DNA from: Amoeboaphelidium occidentale
Lineage: Eukaryota
Reading direction: 5' to 3'
NCBI GenBank assembly: GCA_023515795.1
Contig: JALGPX010000014.1
Location: forward strand, 248,001-312,000
Length of the DNA: 64,000 nt
The position numbers and the translations under genes are program-made. The notes under the pieces were generated by a model, which did no database searches, had not been told where the DNA came from, and worked only from the letters and a program-made list of their open reading frames with translations. Below, one piece after another: positions 1 through 13,378 of this stretch (position 1 is the first letter of the stretch; the number at the start of each line of letters is the position of its first letter).

Positions 1-11
1 ACTAATTCCAG

Positions 12-803
12 AGTCAAGTACGGAACTTTGAAGGACTGCGGGCAATGCGATTTAATTGTCATTACAGCTGGCGCAAAGCAACGCGAGGGAGAGACCAGAG
101 TTCAGTTAATCGATAGGAACCATGCCATTCTGAAGTCCGTTATCAATGGTATGAAACCTCTGAAGCCATCTGCAATTCTTCTACTGGTATCGAACCCGGT
201 CGACGTTTTGGCTTACTTTGCTCAAAAACTGTCTGGTTTACCTCCTAACCAAGTCTTTGGTTCTGGAACATTCCTTGATACCGCGAGATTAAGAAGAGCT
301 ATTGCGCACAAAGTCGGTGTTGCGGATACCGCAGTTCATGCTTATGTTTTGGGAGAGCATGGCGACTCTCAATTCTGTGCTTGGTCTTCTGCTCATATCG
401 GGTAAAGAGTTGCTTTATGAAACGTATTGACTCTGTTAGAAATGTTCCACTGTTGAGTTTCGATGACTTCAAGGATGAGAATGAACTTAATGATATTGCA
501 ACAAAAACCAAGAATAAGGCGTACGATATCATTAAGGCTAAAGGTGCTACTTATTTTGGCATTGCTGCTGTTGTTAGCTCTATCGCGGAAGCTGTTTTCA
601 TGGATCAGAGACACATTCGTCCTTTGAGCGTTTATGATGATAACTTGAAAGTTTGCATCAGCCTTCCTGCAGTTGTTGGAAGAAATGGTATTGAGCGTAT
701 CATTCGAATTCCTTTGAACGAGAAGGAATCTGCTGCATTACAGTCGAGTGCTAATGATCTTCGTAAGATTATTGATCAGTACGAAGAAAAACTTCCTCAA
801 TGA
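12..803 (+). CDS. LDH: L-lactate dehydrogenase (5'-partial; 38-nt intron 402-439)
   Basis: ORFs 28..405 and 381..803 join via GT-AG intron 402-439 (HIG|NVPL). Motifs ITAGAKQREGETR (Gln specificity loop of LDH), SNPVD, GTFLDTAR, GEHGDS, KGATYFGI. Confidence 0.93.
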
Positions 804-976
804 GACGTTCCAATGGTTGAACTAAATAAAGCGATAACGCATTTTGGTATTTCTTAATAGTTTGTTTCACGTTAATCTTGGCTTTTATGTTAGTGTTACA
901 AAATGTCCCTTTTGCAGATCTGAAACGAAACTTGGCCTCGTGATTCGATATTTATGACACTTTCAATTTCCGAACA

Positions 977-2635
977 ATGAGTTACGCTTCCGCATATAAA
1001 AACTTCATGATATCCCAGAAAGCCGAAACCAAACAAGGGGCACAGGATACTGATGCGATATCACTCAAGTTTAAGCAGGGCTCGATATTCTATGAGCCGC
1101 AACATGGCGAGGCTGCTGGTCCGAAGAAAGCTGAGTATCACGCTGAGGAACACAACACAAAAGACCCTTTAGTGGATCATTCCAAATCGAAAAACAGTCT
1201 CTTCTTTCAGGATTTCTCAGTATATCCAAATTCAAGGAAGGATACTACGTTGGATAATCCGGTATCATATGATCATGCTCCTGCTGCTTCGAAGAATTCG
1301 ATATTCGATACTCCGGTCAGCGCAGGTCTAAGCAAGAATTCTATCTTCAGTATTGATACTACTCCTGCATCAAGTTTAGCAGTCAAAACAGCCTCTCTTC
1401 CTGTTGTTATCACGCCTATCCAGTCTCCGACCGATGGAGTCACATCAGCATCGTTCACTCCAAGATATCAGGATGTTATTAATCAAGAAAAGTCATTTCA
1501 GCTTCCTTTTGTTCCAACTAAGAAGAATATGCTGGGAGAAGGAAGGTTTGGAACGGTTTATCGTGTTTCAGATGGAAAGCACGATTTCGCTGTTAAGAAA
1601 GTATCTCCTGACCCAGAAGCTCAGACAAATGGCTTAGTGGAAGCGTTCGTTTTGAGAAAGATACAAAGCTGGTCATCTTATGAAAGAACTAAGAACATTG
1701 TTAGGTTTTATGGTGTTCAGGTTGAAGAGCAGGGAAAAGGTGACAGTGAAAGTTGTCCTTCCTTTATGCTGGTATTGGAGTTTTGTCCATGCGGTGCATT
1801 GTCAGAATATGCGCTAAATTATCCCTCTGAATGTGGTCGGAGGATGTGGATCAAATGGTGCAAGCAGATTGCCCAAGCTGTTGCGTTTTTACACAGAGGC
1901 TGCAATGACGAAAAAGTCATCCATGGCGACTTAAAGCCGCACAATGTTTTGCTTAATGAGAATCTAGATGCTAAACTGGCTGATTTTGGTAATGCAAGTT
2001 TTATCGAGAATGCCACTGTCTTCACTGAGCTTAGCGATGGATTTGGAAAAGGAACAACTGCGTATTCAGCGCCCGAACTTTTGAATCCACCTTATTCATT
2101 TACTTTCTCTTCGGATATTTACTCTCTGGGCGCATCTTTTTACTTTCTATTAACAGGCCGTGAACCATTTGCTGATATTAGGAACCCATCCTTGCAATTG
2201 TGGTACATACAGAAGGGCTTTATCGACAGCGGTGCAAATCCTTTATCTCCTACTTCTGGCAGCTCATCTGACAAGCAGCTCATGCCCACAAGATCATTGC
2301 AGGTGGTTAGAAGAGATGTCACTGCTCAAAAAGAACCAACAAGCCCGACTCCAAGCTCTGATATTCCTTTGCTTAAATTTTTGAATGGGGAAGTTTTGCA
2401 TTCTTTAAGCGTTCATGATAGTAAAGCATCAACGCTTATATCCGGACTTATTAAGTCTTGCACGCACAAGAGAGCCGAATCTAGGCCATCTATCGACGAG
2501 GTACTATATTTGCTGGATCAGATAGACGACAGTCTTATTCCTGGAGATGGATTTAGTGCAGATAATCGCATGACTACTATCAAGGAAAGTGTCGTGGAAA
2601 AAGTTGCAGGAGGAAGACGAGTGACACTTAAATGA
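977..2635 (+). CDS. Ser/Thr protein kinase with low-complexity N-terminus
   Basis: LGEGRFGTV, AVK, HGDLKPHN, DFG, GTTAYSAPE, SDIYSLG, RP; single 552-aa ORF. Confidence 0.9.
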   Translation: MSYASAYKNFMISQKAETKQGAQDTDAISLKFKQGSIFYEPQHGEAAGPKKAEYHAEEHNTKDPLVDHSKSKNSLFFQDFSVYPNSRKDTTLDNPVSYDHAPAASKNSIFDTPVSAGLSKNSIFSIDTTPASSLAVKTASLPVVITPIQSPTDGVTSASFTPRYQDVINQEKSFQLPFVPTKKNMLGEGRFGTVYRVSDGKHDFAVKKVSPDPEAQTNGLVEAFVLRKIQSWSSYERTKNIVRFYGVQVEEQGKGDSESCPSFMLVLEFCPCGALSEYALNYPSECGRRMWIKWCKQIAQAVAFLHRGCNDEKVIHGDLKPHNVLLNENLDAKLADFGNASFIENATVFTELSDGFGKGTTAYSAPELLNPPYSFTFSSDIYSLGASFYFLLTGREPFADIRNPSLQLWYIQKGFIDSGANPLSPTSGSSSDKQLMPTRSLQVVRRDVTAQKEPTSPTPSSDIPLLKFLNGEVLHSLSVHDSKASTLISGLIKSCTHKRAESRPSIDEVLYLLDQIDDSLIPGDGFSADNRMTTIKESVVEKVAGGRRVTLK

Positions 2636-2654
2636 TCTTCAATAGAACAGTTTT

Positions 2655-4322
2655 TCACTTATATTTCTCTTGTAGTAGCCTTAACTGTTTCCATGCCAGA
2701 AATTGTTGAAACAGGGGATCTTTCACACCAATCGATGCTCCAGCGTCCTTAGATATTTCTATATCAGGCGTAAAATCTTGATTTAATCCCAAAGCGGCCT
2801 CATAAAGTATTCGAAGTTTTGCGTCACTATTAGGATTAACGATATTATCCACCTGTGAGTAAAAATGACAAAGGCCAACCAACCACTAAACATAAGTCTG
2901 TAAAGTAATAATAAGTTACATCTTTTGCATCTTCAGGAGTTGTTCCCGAGGCTTCGGCATCTGGAACATCAAGATTTCGTTTCAGGCTGGTCGAAGCGGG
3001 CCCATAGTGCTTCTTAATCTCCGTTGGTGCTGTGACAAACTCGGAAACGGTCTTTTCCTCATTATTCTTTTGTATGAAGTTAAGTTTTATGCTTGTTTCG
3101 GGTAGTCTGTAGTTGACTCGCCGCGATCTTTCAAATGCAAGATTATTAGGATACGGTTCTAGAATTATTTCTACATCTCCATCATTCTTAAAAGCAGGAT
3201 CAGTAACTAAGACATCGATGGTTTGCCCAGCCACTTTACGCTTCTTAACCAACAGATCATCCGCGTGCGCAGGACATGTCCATTTCTTGTTCGCAGGCAC
3301 TGGAGCTGTAAGCGGCGGGCTTAAGCAGTCAAGATGCCAAAATAAAGGACAAGAATCGCAAGATATTATCGGGCCATTGAGCCCGGTGCCTCCACACTTA
3401 TGACAATGTATCGGCTTCCCTTCCTCTGTGACAAGGCGGAATAGTTCTGTATCGGTGCGCCTACAAATCAATTCTCTCGACTTGTCTAACATTACCCTTT
3501 GTTAGCGACTTTAGATTCACTGGTATCGACGTAAACACCAGAATCATTCCAGCTTACTAAGAATGATGAGTAAAAGCCGCATTAAAGCCTACCTCCTTCG
3601 AAATACTTCTTAATTCCTTCGGGCAAGCTAAAGCTGACAGGATTCATTCGTTCAATGTTCATCAGAAGCTCTTTAAATGGGCCCTTATACGAGTAACTTG
3701 AAGGCGGGAATCTTTCTGAGCGGCAGGATTTACAGTACCATTTCTCCAGGGATCCAACCTTTTCCCTGTTCACTGGCGGCTCCGCGCATAGGAAATGAAA
3801 CGAGTTGGGGCAACCTTCACAGCACACAACATCACCAGAGTATCTTGGACCACAGAACTCACAGTACTCATTGTTGACGAATGAATTATCCCTCCCAGTG
3901 AGCGTGTTCGCTCGTGATCTTGTCTCCCGTCTAAGAAATAAGTTAACCATGCTCACGATCATTTACATTATCCCAGAAGAAGTAGTACTCCCGTGCGCTA
4001 CCGAATTATAATCCTCCCGAGCACTTTCTGCAGCCTTCGATTGCATTGATTCTAACAATGTCGATAAATCACCGTCCCGCTCAGGATCCCAAGGGCTTGG
4101 GCTCTTCATATCTTGAGCATGAATTTTCTGTACCACTTCATCCAAGTTCCGTATCGCTGCATTCTTATCTTCATCATCTATTTTAGTTGCTTGACTATAT
4201 CTTTTGAGCCTTGGGCTTGATTTCACTGACATTTGCGTATCTACTGCCTCCGTGCCTTCTTCTCTAGTAATATCGTGCCTGGTAAAAAACGGGTTCTCTA
4301 TATTATTTAAATCTACTTCCAT
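2655..4322 (-). CDS. Double PHD-finger chromatin protein (Rco1/PHF12-like, Rpd3S/Sin3 subunit); 5 exons
   Basis: PHD1 CEFC..CCEGCPNSFHFLC..WYCKSC and PHD2 CHKC..CDSCPLFWHLDC..WTCPAH, plus NPxSFxLP and LPExSIKLNFI segments. Frames join via introns 3931-3966, 3557-3592, 3461-3495, 2886-2919 (34-36 nt). Confidence 0.8.
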
Positions 4323-4400
4323 CGACAGGAATCCACAGGGTTGCTCTCGATGAATTTGTAGTAGAGTGTTTTGTGGCGCAAGGAAAGATACGAGGAAAAT

Positions 4401-7400
4401 CTATTGTCCGTCGGATTTTCTGAAAAGCTCAAGTAGTTGCTTTCGTTCAGAAGGCTCTAAACTCTCAGCATAGCGCTTAAGCTCTTGTCCGTTATCCTTC
4501 TCTGGTCTGAAGGCACAAATTAATGCGCTTTCTGCAGCGGATCTAACCGGAAGCACCCTATCTTTCAAACAAGCCATTATTACTGGTACAACGTTACTTA
4601 GATCAAGGTCGTTTCTTCGTTTCTGTAGTATCATTTGTAAAGCAACAAGAGCTGCCTTTCTTAAGTCGCCTAGTTCGTTGCTTAAGTAGGAGGTGATTCT
4701 TGGCATCAAAACAAGACCTTCTCCGGGTAAACACATCATGGCGCCCACAGATTTAATTGCAGCTTCTACAACAACAGCCTTTGTATCTTCTAGAGATGCC
4801 AGAACTAATAATTCCATGCTCTGGTGTTTACAGCCCAATATGAAATACTCCGAAGCGACTAAGCAAAATCCAAGTCTGTAACTTGCATCCTCTGATTTAG
4901 CACATTCCTTTAGTAATTCAAAATCAGTATCCGAAACACCACAACCTTGCAGCAATTTTGCCACGCATTTGCAAATGTATTCCTGCACAAGATCTGATTC
5001 AGTGCACCATAATTTCTTCATAAACAAGTCTTGTCGAACAAAGTCGTGCAACAAAGCAAACTTGTCCTTGGCGATGCAAAGAGAATACAATGCTTTTAAG
5101 ACGAAGCCGCCTTTATCTCCATCCTCTGGTGTAAATGCCTTTTGTAGCTCCTTAACAAGAACATCCGCTTGAGGCATGAATTCAGCCAAACACACTATGC
5201 CATTTACTGCAGCATTTCTGACGACAGCATCATCATCTGTCAAGGACTTTATGAAGATTCTTTGCATTTGCGGCAAAAACGGTCTCGTCTGCGCAGGTAT
5301 TTTCTTTAAAATCGTAGTCAAAGCAGATGTAATGGACACTTTTGTTTCAGAAGATTGCTTATCGCCGAGAGCTCTAATCAAAGAACCAACAAGACTGAGA
5401 GCAAGCGGTTTGATAACGACAGGGTTTGCAACTCCAAGCAAAACATCGGTGAACTTTGAACTTTTCTCCTTGGTATCCATGTTTCCAACCAAGAGGCCTT
5501 GAACTAAAAGTGGAGCTAGAAGAGAAAACAGCTTGTCAACATTTTCAGCATGAAGAGATTCGAAATCTAACAAGAATAAGGCGTCCGCAATCTTGCCGCA
5601 ATATGCAGCATAATTCTCCCGTTTGATAGACTTCAAAATAGTTTCTAAACAATCGATAGCACTATATCCATCATCAAGAACCAAGGTAGAATACTGAACC
5701 AAGCATGGTATCCACAAGTCGTAATGCTCGACGAGATTGAATTGGCCACTTGACTGGAGCAAATGGAACAATCTTATTCCAACGGTTTTCTTTTCTTTTT
5801 GCTCGTCGTAAATAACAACATTGTAAAGCGTCTCTACAAAATTATCCAAAGATTCCGCTTTAACGCTGAGTATCAAGGCCTTTAGAAGCGATTCAAGAGG
5901 TTTAGAATGACTGTTTTCCAAAACAAACTCGAAAACAAGATTCAAATCTGAGGCCCTAATGTCCTTTGTTGACTGCAACAAAACAGATAAAACCTCCAAA
6001 TGATCTTCCTCTGTACTTGAGTTCTGCTGCAGCCTCGATAAGAAGAACGGAAGCACAATAGAGCTCTTTACAGCCATCAACTGTTTCAATGCCTCAACCG
6101 AATTGCGAGAATCCTACTAATAAGAAATTTAGATAAAAATATTACCTTTGTCGCGAGCGTTTCATCAATTAATTCAGGCACGACATCTTCACTGAGCGTG
6201 TTGCCAAAAACGTTGAGATAAACTTCAAAGCAAGAGGCAGCCGCACTCTTCACCATTACGTCGCTATCTGCTAATCCATGTATCACTCCAAGGCGAAGAG
6301 CCTTCATTGTAGACTCCTCAAACTCAGTTTCAACGCATGGAATCAAATATTTGAGAGCCATATGAGCTCCACGTCTACAGTTCAGACTATCCGACTTTGA
6401 ATACTCCAATAAGCTCGGAATAACATTCCTTTCAACAATTTCTCCCATTTTGACACCAAGTTCTTCCAAAACATTAATAGATATCGCTTTTGCGGCTTCA
6501 TTTTCCCCTATTCTGGTGACTATTCTTTCCACAACATGAGGCAAAACTTCTTTTGTCATCTTTGGAGTATTTAGCACAACCATTTTCCAAACTATGATAG
6601 CAAATTGACGCACGGAAGCTATCTGATCACATCTAGACATGAAAAGGCTGGCCATAATTGTAACAAATCTGTCGTGGCCGAGATATTTGATAACATTTTT
6701 TCTCTCAATAGTGCTATCTTCTTTGGCGTCCTCGTTATCGACTTGCTTAGAGTCCATATCCCTAAGCCCAGATATAATCTTGAATACGTCTCCAATTAAG
6801 ATTAAAGAGGCTTCTCTAACTCTGGACTCTGCATGGAACAAATTGTTTTCCAAATCTGCCAACAGCTGCAGCATAACGGATTTACCTTGCCCCATAGTAA
6901 ATCGCTCAATGATTACCTGGAATGACTTCATTGCAGCCTGCCTAACAGCATCGTTGATGTTTGAAAGAAGGTCCAACAAACATGGAATAACTTTTGGCAA
7001 GAAAACAACAAATTTCGATCCATAAGTGGCTGGCAAGTAAACCAATAAGGTGCTGTATCCTTCTTGAGTTATGGATTCCTTCGCATACACATTGTTTAAA
7101 ATTTCAGGTAATCTTGTTTCTAAAGTTTCAGTTCCAAGTGCTGCAAGAACTTCAGCTAGTCCGTTTGCGAATCCTTGCCTATCGATGCCAGTGTAAGATT
7201 TCAGAGAACTAAAAAATTCTTCTAGTAAGCCAGGAAAAGTATCCTGTCCGAGAACTTGGAAGAAGAGGCCGAAGCTTTTTGCTGCAACACTTCTCACTTC
7301 AGGAAGGGCGTCAACAAGTACTTGCTTCAAGTATGCTACAAGAGAGTTCAAGTGAATAGATAGATCTTCGAGTTCTGTAATAGATACCACACTTCCAACC

Positions 7401-10400
7401 AGCTGCGCTGCCAGCTTCTTCACAGATGAGCCATTTCTTTGTTGCAAGCCGCGTTCTACTACTGGAATAACTAGCGCCAAAGATGAAGAATCGAGATAAT
7501 GAGTAAAAGCAGTCTTCATAAGAGCACTTATCGCCTCTTCGGTGTACTTATTTGGATCCCCTAAAGCCTGCAATAAAATCGGAACATGGTCTCTGATTTC
7601 GGGGCATTCAATAATATTGGTGAAGTTTTCCAAAGATTCTTTTGCGGCCTTCTGCACATTCTTGTGAGAATCTGACAAGGCGATAGTAAGTTTTGGAATG
7701 ATTTTAGGAAGATACATGGCGAGCAGTCGCTTTTCCATGTAGGCAGTGGTTCCCAATAACTCGACTCCTCCAACTTTAGTTCTCCATCTCATATCTTCCA
7801 ATGAACGCAAAACTGTCGGGAGAATTTGCTCTACACAATAAGCACTCATGTTTGCCATCAGATTCTTTGATGTGTCTGATGCTGCTTTACGAACATCAGC
7901 AGATGAATCTCCAAAGAGATCCAACAATAACGGTGCAAGTTTAACTATTAACGGCTCGCATTGTCTCTTGAATGTAGAAAATACAATTTCAAAGACAATC
8001 AGTGCACCTTGACGAGTTTCAATCTTTTTATCCTTCAGCGATTCGAATAGTCTCTGTGTGATATTGAAAGTTTTCAGCGATCTAATACCGACGCCATGAA
8101 GAATACCAACCAATGCGTATGCGGCTCCTCTTCTTGCAGCATAACTCTGTGAATTCAAACATTTTTGTAAGAGGCCTTCGACATGGTTCTCTGCAAGATT
8201 CGGAGACACTTTCAGAATTAGTGCAAGGCAGTTGCGAACAGCTTCTTGTATTGTTTCAGAAGGGGTTTGTGAAGCAGACAATAGCATATCTATGACTTTC
8301 ACAATAGATGGGTCTCCTCGCTTTAAAAATTTTCCAGATGTGCCAATTAAAATAACAACTGCTTCCCGGACTCTATCTTGAGAACCATCTTTTGGAGCTG
8401 GGGTTGCTAAATACTCTTGAAAGAAATCAATGAATTCATGAGCTTTTTCACTGCCAAAGGATATAATGAGCTCTTTTGCCGCAGAAAGGAACATGTTCCA
8501 AACTTCATCGTCTTCATCAGCAAGTCCTCCTTTGTTATCAATTATAAAACTGAGAGATGGTTCGATAATCTGGGTCATATTCCTGGTCCAACATTCTCTG
8601 AAGGAATGAGCAACACTTACACGCCTATTCTTCAAAATAATATAATCCTGCTCCACAAAACGACGTTTTTTAAAATCTTCATACTCAGCCAGTTCTGATT
8701 TGTAAAGATTAATTAGCGAAACAATGGTTTTCAAACTCTCATCTGGATGAACATCTACAGCGCCAGCGATCGCTCTTGCTACGCTGTTTCTAACGATGGA
8801 TGATTTGCTTAAGAGTTCAGGTAAGAGGAAAGTATTAAACTCTTTGCCTATTTGGATTCCATTAGTATCCCAAATGTCTCTCGCAAGCAGCGCGGTAGAC
8901 TCATCAGAGTCATGGCATGCAATCCAAATTCTTGTAGAAAATTTTTCTACCGAACTCTGGTCTATATCAACAAACTGCAAAGCCTCTAAACAAGCATATC
9001 TTGTCTTCGCATCTGAAGACTGAATACCATCTAAAAGTGTACAAGTCTCCTCGGTGCAGTTTTCCCCTTCTTCGCCAAGCACAAGCATAACATCACAAAC
9101 AACAGCGCGAGCTCTTGAAGACAATGCATGGCAATTTTCCATAATATCAATGAAATCTTTTACAAGATATTGCGATATAGGACTCAGACTGTATTTGGAG
9201 TGGGCGCCAACAATGTCTACGACAGTTTCAAGCAATTGAATATCAGGCTTTTCCTTCTTAAGCTCACTCGTGATAAGACAATGAAAGAATTCGTAAACAA
9301 AGAGAAATCCTGAGCGACTCAAAGGTAATTCCAATGACTCCATGCTTTCAACGACGGTATTAGGCTCCACAATTAAGGGTATCAAATTTTCTTTACCGCA
9401 CGAAGATGCGATAAATTTTTCATAGCTCTGGTTAGTTTGTAAGATGTAAAACAACATCGGCGTCGCGAACGGAAAAAGTTTTTCCTCAGAATATTTTACG
9501 ACTGTCTCGGTTATTATGTATACTTTCCATGCCAAATCAGCAAGGTCGCTCTGTACAAGGGAAAATAAAATAGCCGTAAGACTTCGCGAGAATACAAAAT
9601 ACATATCCTCCATCAAATCTCCAAGGGCGTCAACAATTTCTAAACATAGTGATACATCATTGATACCCTCTTGTACTGACTTTCTGATTCCAGATTCTAG
9701 GGCTAACCGGTCTTCTACCAGTTTCTTTTCATCTTTTGTTAGATTATTTTCCCTTAATCTTTTCATTTCTAATTCTTTCTTTAATTCAGCTTCCCAATCG
9801 CCTTTCCTGCCTTTTTTCGAATCAGTAACTTCAGTCTCTCCTTCAAGAACATTCTTGAATAATGAACCCGCTGGTGTTCTCCAGATGCCAATATCTTCCT
9901 CGGTAAACTGTAAAAGTCTTTCATTGCATCCTCTTAGCCTTAAATTTACAATAGATCCAACGCTTTCAGCGACTAATCGGCGCGACACGACCGTGGTGCA
10001 TTTCAAGCAATTTAATATTACTAGCTTGTTCGAATCTTCATACTTAAGGTTTCTGAAGTCTTCCATTAAACGAGGCAGAATCTTGGTCATCAATTCCGAC
10101 GCTGAGAGGCCATTATTAACAACCATATTCGGCCAAATCAGGACAGCGTCACCACAGCCATTTACACCAACATTCGCAGGTTTGAACATTTTCAACAATC
10201 TGCTTTCCAAGAATTTCTCGTTTTCTCGTTCCAAAAGCGATTCAAGCAAAGATTTTGTATCAAAGCCTCCATTCAATGAGTTGCTGTTCGTTGTAATTAC
10301 TAGCAACTCACTTAATAACATATCAAAGTATGAATCTGACGTACTCTTTGATGAGACACGACAAATTAATCTAGAGACATGTAATAGATCACTGAAATCT

Positions 10401-11851
10401 TTCTTGTTATTCGATGATATAACAAGGGCAACATAAGCTTCCAAACAAGAGGGCACAAGAAACTTTGCCTCATGCGAGTTGACTAAGTAATCTGCGCAGG
10501 AAGCGTAAGCCCGCAAATCTTTACCTCCTAGCTTAGTGACCAGTTTCTTTGAGCCAAATAAGGAGTTAACTAGGTTGCATTCCAAGCCTCTTTCTAACGC
10601 AATACATGCTGCATACATTAGTTCTGAAGGAGATTTAGCGCTTTTCTCGGCGGTTTCACCAACAACTTTAGAGCAATATTTTTCAACATCCTCATTTAAT
10701 TCTTTCTTCTCAAATAAAAGCATAAGATATCTGCCAACTACTTCAGAGTCCTTGTTCTTGAGCATTATTTTAGCAGCAGATAGCAATTGCACGTCAGAAT
10801 CTGCGTTTCGTTTCAAGATTACAGAAAGTACATCACAAAGCTCTACGAGGAAGCTAGGGTTATTCTCTTTTGATAGCCTTTCGATTAGCAACGTTATGGA
10901 TTCGGCTGGACAATATTTATAGGAGGAAAGGAAAGTAGCCCTGATATTGATTGCGATCGTAGAATCCGTCAACAAAGAATTCAACTTTAAAAACGCTCTT
11001 GAGGTTTGTTTAGAGTCTGATTTAGACGCCAAAGTATCCCAAAGTGTATTTGCGTCTTCTCGTACTTTTGAATTAGTTGACTTTAAAGCCTTCAAGATTT
11101 GGTCGCTCAAGTCGCAGAATACTTCAGCAAGATCAACAGACGCCGCCATGAAACAAGTACTCATAATCTTAATCACAATCTCAGGGCTCCTCAGTATTAG
11201 TTTGTCGATGCCTTCTATGAACCGCGCGAAATTGGTTTGTTTAAAATGCTTCGCCATGAAGGGTTTGATGCATTTTACAGCGTATTCTTCAGGTTCCGTT
11301 CTTGAGTTCAATACAGACTTCTTATAATAATCAATGATTGCTGATTTAGAGTCTTCTGACAAGTTATCAGTAAACCCTGAAATGCAGCATAAAAGCACAG
11401 TATTTGTATAATCGCAACTTGAACTACGCGCAACTTTGATAATCTTCTCAATATACTTTCCAAAATGCTTTAAAACTCTGTTGCGTAGAATATTTTCATA
11501 TTTGCTACGTTTCCTTGATAAGATACCAACGACAAGTTGACCCAACACGTCAAGCAACTTGACCAGAAGACCTTCTGCGGCGTCTAGCCTCAGCCCTTGT
11601 ACCAAAACGATTCTAATGACCATGCTGTAAAACACCAAATCTATAGGGCTCAAGTTTGCAAGTGATTCTAGTTTGGAACCACACGAGGTCTTGGACATAA
11701 TCTCGTCCAGACATGCTTTGCTCCATTCCATCCATTTATCCAAATTTTGCATATCAGCGGATGAAATTTCATCTTTAAGCTGAACCACAAAGCGTTTCCG
11801 CCTTTTTAAATCTAAAGGCATGCCAGGAAAGGCGTCAACTTCGACTGCCAT
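4401..11851 (-). CDS. GCN1: Translational activator GCN1 (HEAT-repeat, ~2470 aa)
   Basis: ORFs 6086..11851 and 4401..6089 join via 32-nt intron 6114-6145. GCN1-type segments RRGAAYALVG, WRTKVGGVELLG, FTHYLDSSSLALVIPVVERGL, RPFLPQMQRIFIKSL. Confidence 0.92.
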
Positions 11852-11894
11852 TTGATCAGAAGTTTTTCTTTAGAAAACTTCTCGACTTGTCTCA

Positions 11895-13343
11895 ATGATC
11901 AAGCTGACTTTGAGCGATGATATTCTTAAAGAACTCAAAGAAGACAATTTGCTTCTAGTTATGATAGAATTGAGGAGTATATTCGATGGGGCAGATACGG
12001 TTTTCATGAGATCGCTATGCACAGCTGGTTTAGTTCTGCCAGATAATATCAGATTGATTGTGGGTTTGCATGATATAAATGATACTTACGGAGAAGAAGA
12101 GGGCATTATATCTGATCTCATAGAATTTTATGGCTCGCCAGCACCTCGAGGTCGCATGTGGTTCGCTGATGTGATGCAAATCAAAAAGATTTATGACGCA
12201 CTTTCAAGCTTTCCTTCGAGTGTAATGGCCATCGCTGCAGTTGGTGATACTCTTCAAATTTTACCGTCTGGTGGATATCAAGTAGAATTTGATGAAGACT
12301 TTCATGATGTCATACTTCGCATGCTCACAGATGAAGGGCGCACCAAGCTTTTCAATATGTCGATTTTGGCAAAGTATCATTTGAATGCCAGCTTAGAATT
12401 GTCCTCAGGGGCGTTTAATTTTGATGAATTTTATGATTTATTTGAAGACTTTAATGTGGATATCGGGCTGCTGTTCAATTGCCTACTTAAAACGGGAATT
12501 ATTCAACGGAAAGCAAATTCTGGCGAATATCTTATAGCTCAAGACTGTATAAATAATCGAGAGAAATCACAGGAATTTTTAGCAGAATTGATGATATGGT
12601 CTAAATTACAAAAGTCAGAACTGAAACCTGTTGTAGTGGCGAGAAAGCGGAATCGAAGTAACGATGAACCAAATACATCTTCCGTCAAAAAGCTTAATTC
12701 TTTCCTCGAAAGCAATGCATTTCCTACAAACTCAGAAAACATGCGGGACTTCTTCAAAATAGTTGAATTCAAAGAGAGTTGTGCGTCTAACATATTCTCG
12801 GCCGCAACGCAAACTGGAAAACAATATCAATGCATTATTTCAGTACATGAGACGGAATTCCTTTCCAGAAAATTTGGTACTCAAAGCGAGGCTATTGAAG
12901 ATGCATGCGAGGCAGCTTTAAATTTCTATATAATTTTTGATGAGGTTGTTCACAGCCAAGAAAAATTAGTCGCAACTCAAAGTCTCTACGCTGTTATATC
13001 CAATGGGATATCCATGAACAACAAAAAGGTCAAGCCGGAAACGACCAAGGAGTCTGATAGTTCCTCTACTATACAATCAAAATCGGCGATAATTCTTATG
13101 AATGAGTTTTGTCAGAAAGCGAGATTGCCCGTTGCATTTCTATTTGAGCAGGGGAAAAGTGTGTCAAACTCTTTGATATTTCAAGCTAAACTCGTTGTGA
13201 ATGGGAAAGTTTGGAGAGGTGATAATTTTTGGGTCAAGAAAGCAGATGCAAAGATAGAAGCTGCGAGTTTATTCCTACAACATCTTGTTAACAAATTAAA
13301 GAGAGATGGTCTTTTGAATTACAATAGTTCAGATCTAGAATGA
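11895..13343 (+). CDS. Uncharacterised protein with C-terminal double-stranded-RNA-binding motif(s)
   Basis: C-terminal SAIILMNEFCQK..FQAKLVVNGKVW..KKADAKIEAASLFL fits the dsRBD consensus; a second partial motif YQCIISV..TQSEAIEDACEAAL; N-terminus unassigned. Confidence 0.6.
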   Translation: MIKLTLSDDILKELKEDNLLLVMIELRSIFDGADTVFMRSLCTAGLVLPDNIRLIVGLHDINDTYGEEEGIISDLIEFYGSPAPRGRMWFADVMQIKKIYDALSSFPSSVMAIAAVGDTLQILPSGGYQVEFDEDFHDVILRMLTDEGRTKLFNMSILAKYHLNASLELSSGAFNFDEFYDLFEDFNVDIGLLFNCLLKTGIIQRKANSGEYLIAQDCINNREKSQEFLAELMIWSKLQKSELKPVVVARKRNRSNDEPNTSSVKKLNSFLESNAFPTNSENMRDFFKIVEFKESCASNIFSAATQTGKQYQCIISVHETEFLSRKFGTQSEAIEDACEAALNFYIIFDEVVHSQEKLVATQSLYAVISNGISMNNKKVKPETTKESDSSSTIQSKSAIILMNEFCQKARLPVAFLFEQGKSVSNSLIFQAKLVVNGKVWRGDNFWVKKADAKIEAASLFLQHLVNKLKRDGLLNYNSSDLE

Positions 13344-13378
13344 TAAAATGAATAAAGCATAGAATTTTATGATTCTAT

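Noticed and set aside
9516..10436. 306-aa antisense ORF in GCN1 and similar antisense ORFs in other long genes
   Set aside because: Ser/Phe-rich shadows of the coding strand's codon bias, with no protein motifs.
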